A stretch of 63,977 nucleotides of DNA, counting the filler, from Dirinaria sp. TL-2023a (taxonomy: Eukaryota): NCBI GenBank assembly GCA_051941275.1. It is 3 parts of 3 records of this genome, joined end to end, with 100 filler letters (N's around TTAATTAATTAA, not from the genome) between each part and the next. Parts side by side here need not be neighbours in the genome. Positions count along the whole stretch, not along the records: positions 1 to 22,119 come from JAVEBF010000235.1; 2 more parts are not named here. One strand, given 5' to 3'. The position numbers and the translations under genes were made by a program. The notes beneath the pieces are model-generated. The model searched no databases and had not been told where the DNA came from. It saw only the letters and a list, made by a program, of their open reading frames with translations. Shown here one piece after another: positions 1-13,616 of the stretch; positions within the stretch are counted from its first letter, which is position 1, and every line of letters begins with the position of its first letter.

Positions 1-575
1 GCGTACGGTAGGTAGGATGGGGGATGGAGATGGGTGGTCGGAGAGAAAAAAGAGCGAGTCATTTATGATTTATCCCTCCCTCTCTATATTTGTATTTGTA
101 AAAAAAAAAAAAAAACATACCACACTACACTTCCTTCACGCTGCCTAACCTACCCTTCTTTACTCCAAGGAAAACAAAGCATAAGATTTTTCTTTTCCTC
201 TTTCTTTGCAAAAAAAGCAAGGTGGCATTCTCATTATATCTCATCTGATCTAGTCTCATCCGATCCGATCTGATCTGATCTAATTCTCCCTGAAAACCCG
301 ACTTTACGCTTTCTAAAAAAAAAAACTCCCGAGCTAAACCTTCTCCACTCATACCAATCAATCCCTTCTTCATCATCCATCCCGAGAGGATTCGGAATAA
401 AAAGATCATCATGCCTTTGCCCGGGTTTTTTTTTTGAACAAACGGAAAGGAATTGGAAACACCTCTCTCTATTCCGCTCGGAAAAATGCAGGGTTTTACA
501 TACACATTTGTGTGTGCGGAAATTTGGGGAATGAGGAGAAAAAGAGGGGGTAGGGGAGGGGGGAGCCCTCCTTTT

Positions 576-3500
576 CTATACAGAAGCCGAGGAATCAGAG
601 TCGAGCTCGACGACTTCTTTCTTCGCGTTGTCGGGCCTTTCTTTCCCGCTCCTCGCTTGGCGCGGACTATTACTCCTCCTGTTCAGGGTCCTCGTGGCGT
701 CGTGACTTCGAGTCGGAGAGTGCTCTTCCCCTTTGGACTGTGCTGAGCTCGACGGGATAGATTCACTAACAGCTGTTGCTTGAGGAAGCGGTGCTGGGCG
801 CGGTGTTGGGGGTAATTCCTCTTCCAGCTGCTCGAAAGAATCGCCGCCTGGTTGGGAGTCTTGGATTGTGGAAGGGAGTTCGGGGGGTGTTGGGGAGCGA
901 TGATGATGCTTCGACGCTTTCGGAGGCGGCTTGCTCTGGCTGTCAACGACAATCACCGAAGTCTCATTCTGCAGAGATGGGTCAATCGTATCCTCTGGCG
1001 CGGGCGACGTGCTGCGGGACCTGGATGGCTTCGAAGGTACTGCTGGCCTACCATCCGGTAGCGCGGATTTCAACGCTTCCTTACGTGTGGTAGGCCGTGG
1101 TGAAACGGCTCTGGAGGTAGATCCGGATGTTTTGGAGACATATTTTCCCGTCTTCTTCGCGTTCTCTCGCCTCTCATCATCCTGCTCCTGGTACAGGCCC
1201 AGCAGTAACTCCCTGATATTGGCTCGCAGCTTGCTGGGAACAAGACTTGGCCAGTCCCTTTCGCAATCGAATTGCTTTTGCATGGTTTTAGATATGAAGT
1301 CCTGAGGGTCATCCATGAACTTGTCCATGTACCCTAAGAGGAAAGGACCGCAGTCACAGAAATTGTCTTGTTTCGGTATGCCAGCAGCTGTCATGCCTTT
1401 AAGCTGCTTTTCGTCGAATCGCATACCTCTCTTCGACTCAGCTTCTGCGTGTAGGTAGTCTTTGAGGGCACGCACAGTTGCGGGATGAGGTGTGGGAAGT
1501 GAGTCGAAAGTGATAATGGCCGGCTCCGATGGATGAAGCTTCTTACCTGGCGGCATCGACTTTCGCTTCCCCCTTTTATTGGTTCCAGCTGCTATTGGAC
1601 TTGGTTCTTGCTCAGAAGGCATATTCTGGCCTGCCTCTTCTTGACGAACCGTGGGCACAGGATCATGCTCTTCTGGCTGTGCACTGGCGCCGGCCAAGTC
1701 CACTTTGATCTGAGCATCTAGCATATCCTGATCGCCGGCTGCTTGGTCTTCGGCTTCGATATCGCCGTTTTCGTTGCGTCTCATGACTGATGGTGATTGT
1801 TGGTCCAAGCTCATCTCGGCGAATGACCTCCTCGTCTCTTGCTCGGTAGGTGGCTCTTCCTTGTCAACATCTTCTTGCTGAGCTGGTGAACCACTGCTCT
1901 TTTCCACGGCTTGATCGTGCAGAATAAGGTCAATATCTGTAAATGTCGAGAGGATACGCTCGTCATCATCTCTGGGAGGGGTGCGATTGAGTGATGGTAG
2001 ATTGCAAATGACCGCAACATACCAGTGATATGACTCGTTGATCGGTACCACCACGTAGTCATACGTGAAAATGTCTACGTTGCGAGTCCACTTCTCCACT
2101 AGCTCATAGCTGATGTTTCTATGACTTCTCCCATGCTTCGTCAGATTCGTGTAGAAGAAGGTATTGAAGAAATAAATCCTCTTGGCAATGTGGGGTTTTT
2201 TCTCTTCCAATTGCTGTTCCAGGTAGCGTAGATAGAAGGCAATTAGATTGTCGTTCAGAAATTCCCCATCATCCAAGCGCTCTAGATCTGCCCATTCCAC
2301 CGTGACCTTCTTCTTGCCGGTCTTGGGATAGGTAAGAGGCTTGCACCAAGGCTTGCCTAAGTTGTTGACTTGGGAATATCTTATGCGCGGAGGATCGTCC
2401 AAGATAGATGGCGAAGCCTTGACTGCCCCATGTTTGTGCCCCGTTTTCGACCTTGTCGTATAAGTGCCTTCAGGTTTCGCTTTTAGATTGTGCAATACAT
2501 TGGATATTCCAGAAGGGCTAACAGGGCGCGAGGTTGGAGAATCTTGCTGTGCTGCCCGTCTCGCTTCCCCATATTGGCTACGGATGGCAGACTGCGCAAG
2601 CGCTTCGCCTTGGAAGTCCCGCTTAGCATTCCAGGGGGTTTGGAACACTGCAGTACCACGATTCTCATCTCTTATGCTGTCGACAATACGATCGTTAATC
2701 CGTCTTCGCTTCACCGGTTTTTCTTCGGGCATCGCCAGCCCCAGTTCCTTGTCTCTTTCTGCCTTCCTTTTGATTTTCATTTGCAGCTCCATGCCGTCGT
2801 CGACGGCCGGGTTCGACCTCTTTCCGTTAGCAGCCTTCTGTTGTTCGAGCCGATTTGCAAACATTTTCTTCATTATATCCCTTAAAACGGTGAGTGGCAA
2901 TGCTACTCATTCAAGGTGAATGGATTGAAATACCTATCTTTTCCCATTATTTTGATATTACTATATTTCTCTTGCAGCTTTGCCATCAATGCAGTGACTT
3001 CGCTTTCCTTGTGCAATTCGATGTCGAGCAAAAAATCCGCGCCCTCGATTCTCGCCGACTCGAAGCGAACCTCGGCGCCGCCTATAGACCAAAGGACCTT
3101 CTTCAACTTTGGAATCTGGACTCGGAAGGTCAGATCGTCTTTGCCAAGGGACATTGAATTGTTTATGACGTCAAAAGATTCTATCTTCTCATCGTACTCA
3201 AGGCCAAGGCTCGACGACTTCAGTACTTTACCTCGACCATTGACAGAAGCGAGCTGAATACCCCAATGAGGATCTGCTTCTTGTTGCGCATCTTTCTGGA
3301 CATGCGATTTGGAACCTGTAGCATTCCCTTTGACACTGCTGAAAGTAGATGCGCGTATTCTACTAGGCGATAAGCTGCGCTGACTGTCTTTAATTGGTGA
3401 TCCCTTTCGTGTCGATGATGAAGACTTTGAAGGGCTGGCTTGACGTGATGTGTCAGGCTTAGCATCTGGCTTCACGTCTGACTTATTTCGGAATCTTCCA

Positions 3501-4420
3501 ACAGTAGTATCCCCTTGCAGTGCATCCGGGCTAGACATGAAATCCTGATTCTTCCGCTTGCCGTTGGTAGCAATGAATTTATCATTGAGTCTTTGCTCTT
3601 CATGATTGGTGTGCTTGTTTTTAGTTGGTGTTAAGATTTTGACTACGGGGTTTACTTCCGTAATTTTTGGTTGTCTAGACGCGAAGTGGCGAGACTGTTC
3701 TCCAGTATCTCTCATACTGGCAGTAGGCGGCGTTTGAGCGAGGAAACTCTTGTGCACTTCACCAGCTGTCCCCTTGTATTTTGAGGGGTGTGTCACGGGT
3801 GCCTCGTGTTCATCATCAGATATGTTGATAGGAGTCGACCCCGCTTGAGCTTTGGACTCCGTGGAATCGAGCTGAACAACGTCCTTTGCACGAGGCTTTC
3901 GATTCCTCCTGTTTCTATTCGGATTGCTCCTCATCCGGTTTTCGACATTAATATATTCCTGCACGCGCCCCAAGCTTGTCCTTGGACGGTCACTTGATAG
4001 ACCTAGCCCTAAGAGTGTCTGACTGGCGGTTTGATTCCCCTTAGCAAGTGATGGAACCAGTCCGTCGTCGAAACCGAGCCGATCGAGTTCATCACTTCCC
4101 GTGAACTGAGATGAGGTTTGCTCCTCCATATCAGGCTCGATCTTCTGGCGTTTTGCAGGTGAATTGTCAAATTCAGCGGAGGAAATGGATGACCTGGTGG
4201 GTTTTGGCACATTATCGCCTCTGATTCTCTGAAGACGAAGCCCTTGGGTTGTCGCAGTCGAAGGTTTGGCGCTGACCAGGTTATTCTGGCGTAGGAAGTG
4301 GGACGTGTAAGAGTCCTTGAGAGTGTTTCTGGGTTGAGGACCTCCTCGAATTGCCTTGAACAGGTCAGCTTGGGGGTGACTGAAAAGTGCAGTGTTTGAT
4401 TGTACACTATGTTTTCTCAT
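576..4420 (-). CDS. ULP2: Ulp2/SENP-like SUMO-specific cysteine protease (peptidase C48), spliced; 5' end uncertain
   Basis: ORFs 2903-4420 and 576-2900 are joined in frame by a GT-AG intron at 2881-2933. C48 motifs are present: LDDGEFLNDNLIAFYL, FFNTFFY, VVVPINESYHWYVAVIC, ITFDSL and QDNFCDCGPFLL. Extra upstream exons near 4480-4690 are possible but unresolved. Confidence 0.85.
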
Positions 4421-6035
4421 GCTGTTTGACTCCGGCTTGGAGATGAGAACAGCGTCTGGGTCACTTCGAACTTCCCTAAGACGTAGACTTAGTGTGGAAA
4501 GATTTATATCTCTCTTACAGAGAAGACTTGCCTAAAATCTTTGGACAGCCGGCGCTCCTCCTCCGAAATGGCCGGCTTTCTTTTGGATCCAAATTCTTGG
4601 AAAGGGGTTGTGGACCCTTCGGCTGCATTTGAAACCAGTGACATACCTCAAAGTCTCCTAGAAGCATCCTGAAATCCCAATGCAGCTTGTAAGACGGGAA
4701 CGGGACGTAGATGACGAGAGAAGTGGTTAATGTGCATGTGCAGGAGAAGTACCGATTAGACGGACATAACACACGCGCCTTGAACCCTATAATAGACCTA
4801 AACCTCTCAAGCCGTCAAAGAATCTTTGTCTACATTAAGATAAACCTTTTTCCACTGAATCTTGCTTTTTCGTATCAGCGCATCCACATACCATTGCACA
4901 CATGTACATAGTCTCATGAACTTCGGTAGTATTCATGCGATAATTCATGTCTGCAGTTTTAAGTCCAGCACAGTCTAGCCCCACTCGGATCACCTAAATA
5001 GAATCTACTCAATGCACCAAACCCTCCCATGAATCAACCGAATCCTGGCATCCAAAATACCTTACCTAATCAAAGCGAGAAGATCCCATCTCGAGCAAAT
5101 GCTTGGTCTAGCTATCATGAAAGATAAAGGCCGTTTGTGAGACACTGTTGTGATCCAGCTAGCGGTTTTTGAACCTAACTTTATACTCTTATTCCAACTC
5201 TACATCAGCAATACCTATTGTGACTGGCATCAGTTCATTCACAAATTCAGATTAACATTGGCATGGATTCTCTTATTATCATTCTCCTAGCTATTGGTTT
5301 CTTGGTAACACACAATATGATATCCCAACATCCGTGGCGGCCCGCATGAATCAAAGAGTTTGTACGCTGAAAGTATCTCATTCTTTCAAACGGAGGGATG
5401 CTAAATTGCTGTTGAGTATGAATGGAGTAATAAGGAGTTATACACTCTATATTGGCTTTGCATAAAGTTAAGCAAGGCATGTCTCGCTTCCGCAGGTACA
5501 TGCAACAGCAAAATGGTTGTATGTCATTGGATTGGACAAAGAGTAAGGTAGGTAAACCGGCAATGGGCAGCTTTAAAGAAAACATCTTTGTAAGATTACT
5601 ATCTAGAATAGTAGCCTCTTTGAGTACAGACACGCAACTAGGGGGAACGAAAGCTTCATGTCATGTTCATCATAGATCTAGAATCACCTCCTGACTCTAG
5701 CTGCGCCTTCCATTTCGTGTTTCTGAATCTTCATTCATGATAGACGGAGACGTCTACAATGGCTTCTTTGTCAGACATAAGCACTGCCGCGACGTGACAA
5801 ACAATCTCATTGATGAAACACAAACCGTCATCACAAAGGCCTTTGTGGCGCAAGTCTCTCCTTTGCACTACAAATACCCGGCACGAGGTTGACCCTCTGC
5901 CAGTATCTCCTCAGCTCACCATTGCTGCATTACTCATAAGAGTCGTAGATCGACTTGCAAACTCATCTTCCAAGCATCCACCACAGTCTCTGTCCTACAG
6001 TCGAACCTTACATCACCCGCCAGTCCTCAAGAAAT

Positions 6036-6326
6036 ATGTGCATCCTCCGCACGGAAGTCATGGCCTGTGGGTGCGAGAAGAAGCAATACTGGAATACTTA
6101 TCCTTGTGATGTTCGTCGTCAGCAGCAGCTAGCTGGAACCTATCCACAAGCAAAAACCTGTCAAGGACCCGACAAGAAGCGTAGGGAGGACAAAGTGGAA
6201 GTGGGAGGCACTTGCGATCATTGCAAGGCTGAAAAGGCAGCTCGGAAGGCAGCTGAGAAGGAAGCCAAGAAGGAGGAGGCGAGATCCAGGGGGAATTCCT
6301 TCCTCGATAAATTGTGCGGTCGGTGA
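6036..6326 (+). CDS. small Cys-rich hypothetical protein (96 aa)
   Basis: MC...CGC...C...C...CxxC pattern followed by a Lys/Glu/Ala-rich helix. This is typical of small fungal putative Zn-binding orphan proteins. Confidence 0.55.
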   Translation: MCILRTEVMACGCEKKQYWNTYPCDVRRQQQLAGTYPQAKTCQGPDKKRREDKVEVGGTCDHCKAEKAARKAAEKEAKKEEARSRGNSFLDKLCGR

Positions 6327-6610
6327 GGTCTTGAGCGGTGATGAGTGCTTTGGGATTACACTCATGGGTTGCTAGAAGCCAAAGTGCGAATGCTAGAGTC
6401 AAAACTGTGAAACGGGAGCCGGAACATGCGAGTAATACAGGATAGCCATACATATGAGAGTACTGTGCCGCGTATTCTCATTCATGATGTTGTAACAGTT
6501 CTTGCAAATATGCTGAATATGCTGGGAGAAAGCTAGGGGCTTTGGACTGCTAACAGAATGAATGCTCGTGAAATAGCACATGCTTCGGCCTCACGAGTTC
6601 CTTGTTGTGC

Positions 6611-9532
6611 TCAAAGATTATTCTCTCTCTTGAAACCATCCCATGCCTCGTTCAGTGTAGCAAAGACAGCGGCGCTGATCATCTTCTGTTCTGTCGAAGC
6701 CGTTTGTGGTAACTGCAAGAAGCAAATCAGTCAAGTCATCATAGCGAATGCTAACAGGAATTATCGTTACAATGCTGTTCTTACCTTGTCAGGATGCACC
6801 TTCGCGATGCCCTTCATGTACGCAACCTTGACCTTGGCAGGCAAGATCAGCTCTCCCATACCCACTTTTTTCCACGCTGCTCCATCCCAAAGCACATTCT
6901 CGAGGCTTGCCAAAAGCGCCCTAAGATTACCTTCCTTGCCCGCTCGCCAATTTTGTAATCGCTCGCTCACCGAGTCGGATAAGGCAAATTTCTCATCATC
7001 CACCCTCTCAGCCTCTAGGTTCGCAGCTCTCAGACGGTTTACAGCCTCTGTAGACTGAGGGGTGGAAGAGGCAGGCCGCGCGGAAAGTTCATCCAACGCA
7101 CTCTGCCTTGGCTTCGGCTTCGAGACTGGTTTTTTCGTTGGTGCCGGCCTCCCGGTGTCAGGGCGAGCGGCTTTCTCGCAGCGGTTGCGGCCAGCGATGC
7201 TTGTTGCTCCACCTACGCCTGCTTCAACGCATTTCTTCCAAGCAGAAGCTGCATCCGTCCAGCGTTCCAGCTGCTCCAGCGCTTCGGCTTTGCGCGTCAT
7301 AGCTTTGCCCCAAAAGAGAGACAGGTCTTTAGAGCCTTCATCACCAATGTCAATGGTTTCAGAAGTTCCACGAGACGGGCCGATGAGGTCAAGCGCTGTG
7401 GTGGCATCGGCCATGCAAGCCTTGGGATCACCGGTCTTAGAGTGAGCGAGAGCACGGTTAGTGAGAATAGGAATAGTGAGGGGATGGGAAGCAGGCAGTG
7501 CGGAGTAGGCAGTGGAATAGTGCGTCGTAGCTTCGGCGTAGTCGCCACGTTTGAAGGCTGCTGTACCCGCCAAACGAGACTGATTCCAAGTTTGAAGTGC
7601 CGATGGAGGCACTGCAGGGATGTGCCGTTTTGCTGGTGGTGGGCGGGTTGACAGAGGGGTAGTAGAATGAGGAGTACTGGATTGCGGATGACGTTTTGTA
7701 GAGGTCACTGAGTTCTGTGACATTGATCGAGAAGCGTCGAACAACAGATCTGGCTCTGGCGAGTGAACTATGGGCTCTGCTGTTGGTTTTGGAATAGGCT
7801 TTTTCCGGCGTGCCGGACTAACGTACGCTTGTGACGTTTGCTCTTCAACGACTTCTCTATTGAGCTTTGATTTTCGGTCGCTTGATGGTTTCTGGATGAG
7901 TCGCGGAGGCGGAACATTTGAGTTCTGATTTGCGTTGCTCAGAGCTTGTGCTTGGCCCTTTGACGCACCTCTGCTCTGGTCTGGCGCTTCAGACCTTGGG
8001 CGGGACTGATGCTTTCGTACAGGCCTAGCGTCGCCAGATTCCAGCATCAGGGCTTCATCTGTCACGCTAGCGCCATTATTCGCTCCGGACGAGCCTTGGG
8101 CAGAAGCTTTAGCCATCCTGTCATGGTCTTGGCCCGCATCTTCCCTGCTTAGTTGACGGGGTCTGCGAGCATCTGCTTTCACGCCGGTGTCCCTCATCCA
8201 CTTAGGCTGGTTATCACTACTTTCGGAATTAAATTCGGCGACAGCTTGATTCAGTTTCTTTGTGCCGGTTTTCCATAGAGAGTTTGCACTTTTGAACAGA
8301 TTATTACCAAGCTCCGCCGCTATTTTTGCTGGGTCCTTATCGCTGTTAGCTGGTGATCTATTATTCTGTCGTTGTTGATTCTGTGTTGCGCCAGCCTCTT
8401 GCCGCATCCATGCAGGTGTTACTGCATCAGTACGTGAGCCACTGCCACGCCTAGTGTAGTCACGAGGCAAAGATCGCTGACGACCATCTTCTGGCTGCCG
8501 CGACTGCTTCTTGGAGTTTTGGTGAGCCTGGTCAAGAATCCAACCTACAGCTGCCTGAACGTCTGTAGTAGAATTTATGCTCTCAAGCGCTTCTCGAGAT
8601 TTCTCGGGCGAGAAACCCATCTCTACCAGCTCTGCAACAGCACGGTCGTGTTGGTGAGATGAAGTTGCATTGGTGGTCTCTGTCAATTGTTGGTCTCCTA
8701 AATTTCTATGCTGAAACTCGGAAACAGGACGCCCCAGAAGACCCAGCACATCCTCGTCGTTCTCAATGCCGGCAGAATCTTGTTGTTGAGTAGGCGCTTT
8801 GCCATTGGTCATTCCCAGCCCAAATGGATCATCATCCAGGTCAACTGCTGGATTCTGATCCGTGGCTTGTGAGCCTTGTGCTGGCGATTGTATATGTGTC
8901 CGCTGAATCCCACTTGAAACCTGATCAGTCGTAGATTTCGATCCTCCATTCAGGCTATTCAATCCGTTGCTCCCGTCTCCAGAGGCGAATATCGACTCGT
9001 CCGCGTGAACGCCGGCTTTGGTCTGCTTCGCCTGAGTGGAAAAACTTCCCACCCCATTAAATGGCTTGTTGATGGTGCTAGAGAGCTTTTGCCCGCCATA
9101 TTCGTCTGTTGCGGTATAGCCCGGGGGAGACGTGACATTGTTAGGCGTTGTCCTCCCGCTTTCCAGCTTGTCCCAGAAGGCACCATTACCATCTGCGGTG
9201 TATGTGCTCAGGGTCTTGTTTGATCCTTGATTTGCCTTCTGCTCCTCCAGTATCCGCTGCTGCTCTTGCAAGGAAAGATTCTTATTCGGCTGGGCGTTTT
9301 TAAAGGCGACTAGATTAGCGAAGCTGTCATTGGCTGGTGTCGAGCTGTTACTTCGCGGTGGGTCACCGCTGGAGAGCTTGGAGACGTTGAAGGGAGCCTG
9401 CGATGACGGAGTTGATCTGCCAGACAAAGGTGGTGTTGGCTTGACACTGGAAGGGTAGTAATTGGCTGTTGTAGGCTTTTGGATAGGTGGAGATTTGGGG
9501 GCAGACCAATCCAAGCCCACGAGATCATCCAT
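6611..9532 (-). CDS. SWA2: auxilin-like clathrin uncoating factor (UBA, TPR and C-terminal J domain)
   Basis: N-terminus MDDLVGLDW, UBA (LVEMGFSPEKSREAL), TPR (GTAAFKRGDYAEA...NRA) and J-domain HPDK. An intron after HPDK leads to the last exon LPQTASTEQKMISAAVFATLNEAWDGFKRENNL*, with the stop at 6611-6613. Confidence 0.88.
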
Positions 9533-11374
9533 TGTGATTATGTGCGTGGATTAGACCTTCGTTAGAAGACATCAATCATCAAATCATTACCTCACTCTAT
9601 GCAAAATGGTTCAAGCTTGGTAAACTTGTACAGAGGTGCACAAGTGCACAGGCTTGCATAAGGTACCACTTTACCTTACCTTACTGTCTTGGCGAAGGAT
9701 GCCAAGACTTCAGAGCTACCGTACCTACAATAGTGCGGAGTAAGGTCAGATCTTACCTTGGAATAAACGGTTTACGACTTATAGCAAACATGGATCTGAG
9801 ATAACGCAGTCTTTGAGAGACAAAGAGCAAATGATCATTCGATAATTAGATTGCAGATGATGATTCTGGTGCAAAGGTAGAAGGCAGCGAGAAAAGAACT
9901 ATTATCGAGCTTCATCGGGTCCAAGCTTGGATGCAGCAATCTTGTTTTGATGTGACTTCGAAAGAATGGTGAAAATTGAACTTATCGAACCAGGCGTGGA
10001 TCTATGAGATCATTGTAGTAGTCAGTGTTAGTTCTATAGACCGTTTGCAGTGTCCCCTTGCCGCATCTTTCCAAAGAATTCCTAAACTAGAGTCACCAGC
10101 ACTATGGAAGCGAACACAAACCCCACCCCACGAGCCAGTCATCCTCGATAAGAGACGATTCAAGCATTGCACGATATTTTGAGTTTCCGCGAAATTAAAT
10201 CCTGTGGGCGATTTTGCCATTCGCCCATGTGGCGTCCAGGTACGCCCACTGACCATCCAGAGTTCCTTCGATGGGTACCTTCCGTCTTCCGCGGCGATAG
10301 TGGCGGGGCCAAGATAGACGGATTAGACGTCTCGACCTGTCAGAAGTGAAGGCTTATACCAGCGTTGCGGCACAAAGTCAGCGGCCGTCACTAGATTCTC
10401 TGAACTGGGAACCTCGTTGATTCGCCCTTTCACAACTTCACTCTCAAAAAGCCAACTTGCTCCCCCGAAAGGCCAGAAAGTGGATTGAAACCTCTCGTCT
10501 GTAGCATAAATAATGTTCGAACGCAATTCGAGGCTTTGATAGGGCTCCGAAGAGTGCAGATGAATTCCTCACTCGTAGCTTGGCCGTCTTTCTTTGAAGC
10601 GCTTTAATAGGATTGGTGGATGGAGCGTAGGTACCTACCGTAGTAGCCGGATAAAGACTCCTGCGCCGTGCATTAGTGGCCTTACTCTGGGAGCTACGGT
10701 TGATACATTAATGAGAGCCGTTACCGAGAAAGTATCAACCCAAATTCACCATTCAGGCTTCGTAGACTCGAAGCGCAATTCAGACTCGCCATGGCACTTT
10801 AAAACTCCTAGAGTTGTTGGATGATACCTTGGAATCTGTGCTGGGAGTCTTCAAGACTTGTCCTAAACGAATGGCCGAGGCGACGGAAATAATGTTGCGG
10901 AGAGATGCCATTTCCGTTGGTTCCGAGAGAAGGTTAAGGTACTTGCAATCTCGCATGCATCTGCGGACGCTCCCGCTCCGGCCACGCCAATAATTACAGC
11001 CGGAAAAAATGATGAAAGGGTATTAAGTGATAGCGGATCCTTAACCTACCGACGACCAAGCAAATGCATGTTCTTTTGGGTACCTTGCAGGCAGACCGGC
11101 CGAAAGCCTGCGGGCCAAGAGCTCTTCTCCTCATCGTCCTTGAAATACCTGGAGCTGAGGAAAAAAGGACTTGCTTCGAGAAACCCCTCTTCATTAATTT
11201 TTCCCCCGCAAATCCAGTCTTTCAGTCTCTGAGTAGTACTTGTACCTGCAGAAAATCCATCGAAAATAGCAGCTGTTCAGCTGCGTCATCCACCAGGATC
11301 TGCATGCAGCCGTCCAACGTCCCTGCACATTCAGCTGCACGCTTTTGGCGGGCGGATTTTAGCTTACCGACAGG

Positions 11375-13033
11375 ATGGGACTTTTCAATCGCAAGAATAC
11401 GCGGATCTCCACGAATGGCGATTCAAGTGGCCGTGCAGCAAGCAATAGTGGCTCCATCAAGTCGCCACCGCTCCATAAAGCTTCAAACGGCATTTCCTTC
11501 AATTCTCCTTCAATGACCGAAGTTCAATTGCCAGGGCCCCCCGACCCTGCTCTCGACCCTGCCGCGTACCTGCGTAGCATTTACGCCGTGAGAGAGAGGG
11601 CTCGATTCATCATTGTCAATGCGAAGAGAAACCAGCTATCGCATTTCGACATCGATGCAACCAAGTGGAAGGATACTGTCGATTATGTAACCCGCATCAT
11701 CAAGGTTAGTCCTATGCTGCTCACGCACGCATAATACCTCTTTCACTGACGCGCTGCTTAGAGAGACTTCGCTCCAGACTACAGCAACATCCCACCGCAT
11801 GGAAGATGGCAGCACTTCGAAGCAGGTGGTCGACCAAGGGTGGACCAGTTGCTTGCGACCTGGCCTTCCTCGGTCGATAATCAGGAACGCACACGTCGTC
11901 TGCTCGATCTATTTCTCGTTTCGGTACTCCTAGATGCCGGTGCTGGCACCAAATGGACGTACAGATCGAAAGAGTCAGGTAAAATATATCGCAGAAGTGA
12001 GGGACTAGCCGTTGCTAGCTTGGAGATGTTTAAAGCTGGATGCTTTAGCAGTGACGAAGCAAACCCTTGCCAAGTCGACAGCGCAGGGTTAAGAAAACTG
12101 ACGGTGCTGCACATGGAGAGGGGACTACAGGTCTCGGAACAGAATCCTATCATGGGCTTAGAAGGGCGTGCTGGTTTGCTATCAAGGCTTGGAGATGCTC
12201 TGAGGAACAAAGGCCTGTTCGGCACAGCAGGCAGGCCAGGCAACATGTTAGGTGCTTTGATTACCCCAGTCGTTCAGCAATGACAGAAGTTGCTAACAAT
12301 TCAGCAGACTACCTTTTATCACACCCTTCAACGCAGGCGTCATCTGTACCTATTATAACCGTCCCGACTCTCTGGGCGGTCCTAATCAATGGCCTTGCCA
12401 GCATATGGCCTACTTCTCGAACTCAGATTGACGGGGTCTCAATTGGAGATGCATGGCCTTGCTCGTCAATGCCCGCTTCTCCACCAGCGCAGCCTTGGGA
12501 GACTGTCTTGCCCTTTCATAAGCTGACTCAATGGCTGTGCTATTCACTCATGGTACCTATGACGAAGCTTTTACAAATACGTTTCGCCGGCACAGAATTG
12601 CTAACGGGTTTACCCGAATACCGCAATGGTGGCCTTTTTGTCGATACAGGCTTCCTGACACTCAAGCAATCGGAGCGGGAGAGGGGGATTGCAGCTTACA
12701 TGAAGAACGCTTTGGTCAAGGGTCAGCCCAACATGGAGGTTGTACCTCTATTCACTCCAGACGACGATGTGATCGTGGAATGGCGGGCAGTCACTGTTGG
12801 CTTGCTTGATGACTTGCTTGTTGATGTTAACCGGCAGCTGGGACTCCAAGGTGTAGACAAATTATCTTTAGCGCAAATGCTGGAAGCCGGAAGCTGGAAG
12901 GTGAGGGATACCGTCTACGGAGCTCTGTGCCTTCGCTAACGCACACTAGGGCGGACGGGAATTGGCCGAGGTTTCAAGACCCAATACTAAGGAGCCTCCA
13001 ATCATGATATTGTCGGATGGCACGGTATTCTAG
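11375..13033 (+). CDS. URC4: DUF1688 / uracil catabolism protein Urc4 (Urg3-like), multi-exon
   Basis: Motifs IPPHGRWQHF, LFLVSVLLDAGAG, RSEGLAVASL, PFHKLTQWLCYSL, LTGLPEYRNGGL and LEAGSWK|GGREL. Three GT-AG introns; the final exon ends SDGTVF*. Confidence 0.88.
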
Positions 13034-13616
13034 GGTCTCACTTACATCCTCTACCTTATGCATTTGTCTTCATGACAGGGTTGGAGGTGATCAGGAATGA
13101 TACTTAACGGCTGATCTATGCTAGGGATTGGGGGCAAGGGTGTTGAGATGGAACATCAGCGGTCTCCTTTATTTTCAAATTATTAGAAACTCAACCAGAC
13201 TTCATGGCCAAAGCGGCAGTAATCCTAGTGTATTATTGATCCGAGTACGTAGCGCTCACCGCGGTACATCATAATATCAACAACCCCATTAATTTGTGTC
13301 CGCCAGGCCAAAAAGAGAACTCAGGTGCCTGACCTTGGCATGCCCTGAAGGAGCTTTCTAGGGTTGATCACAAACCCTAGATCTGGCCAGCTGCAAATGA
13401 GGTACCTGAGCAACGTTCATCGCCAGTTCACTTGAGGAGGCTAGTGAATCAACATCGTTCTGCACGAATTTGGATGGCAAATAAACAGAGTACTCCAAAA
13501 TCCATGCATCATTCAATCGAACAGCATACATGTTGAGCGTCGTTTAGCGCTGAAAAGACTACCTTCAGAGAATACTTCATTGTTCAGCAGCACGCGACTC
13601 TTTCAAAAGCCAGACA

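Noticed and set aside
34..560. Short ORFs and (GATCT/GATCC)n pentamers at the window start
   Set aside because: Low-complexity, homopolymer-rich sequence downstream of ULP2 with no coding signature.
10205..10280. Three adjacent GC-rich hairpins between SWA2 and URC4 as an ncRNA
   Set aside because: The stems are short and imperfect, single copy, and have no promoter or terminator signals.
10772..10787. GCGCAATTCAGACTC resembling the eukaryotic RNase P CR-V motif
   Set aside because: No complementary CR-I/P4 partner was found upstream; this is probably a chance match.
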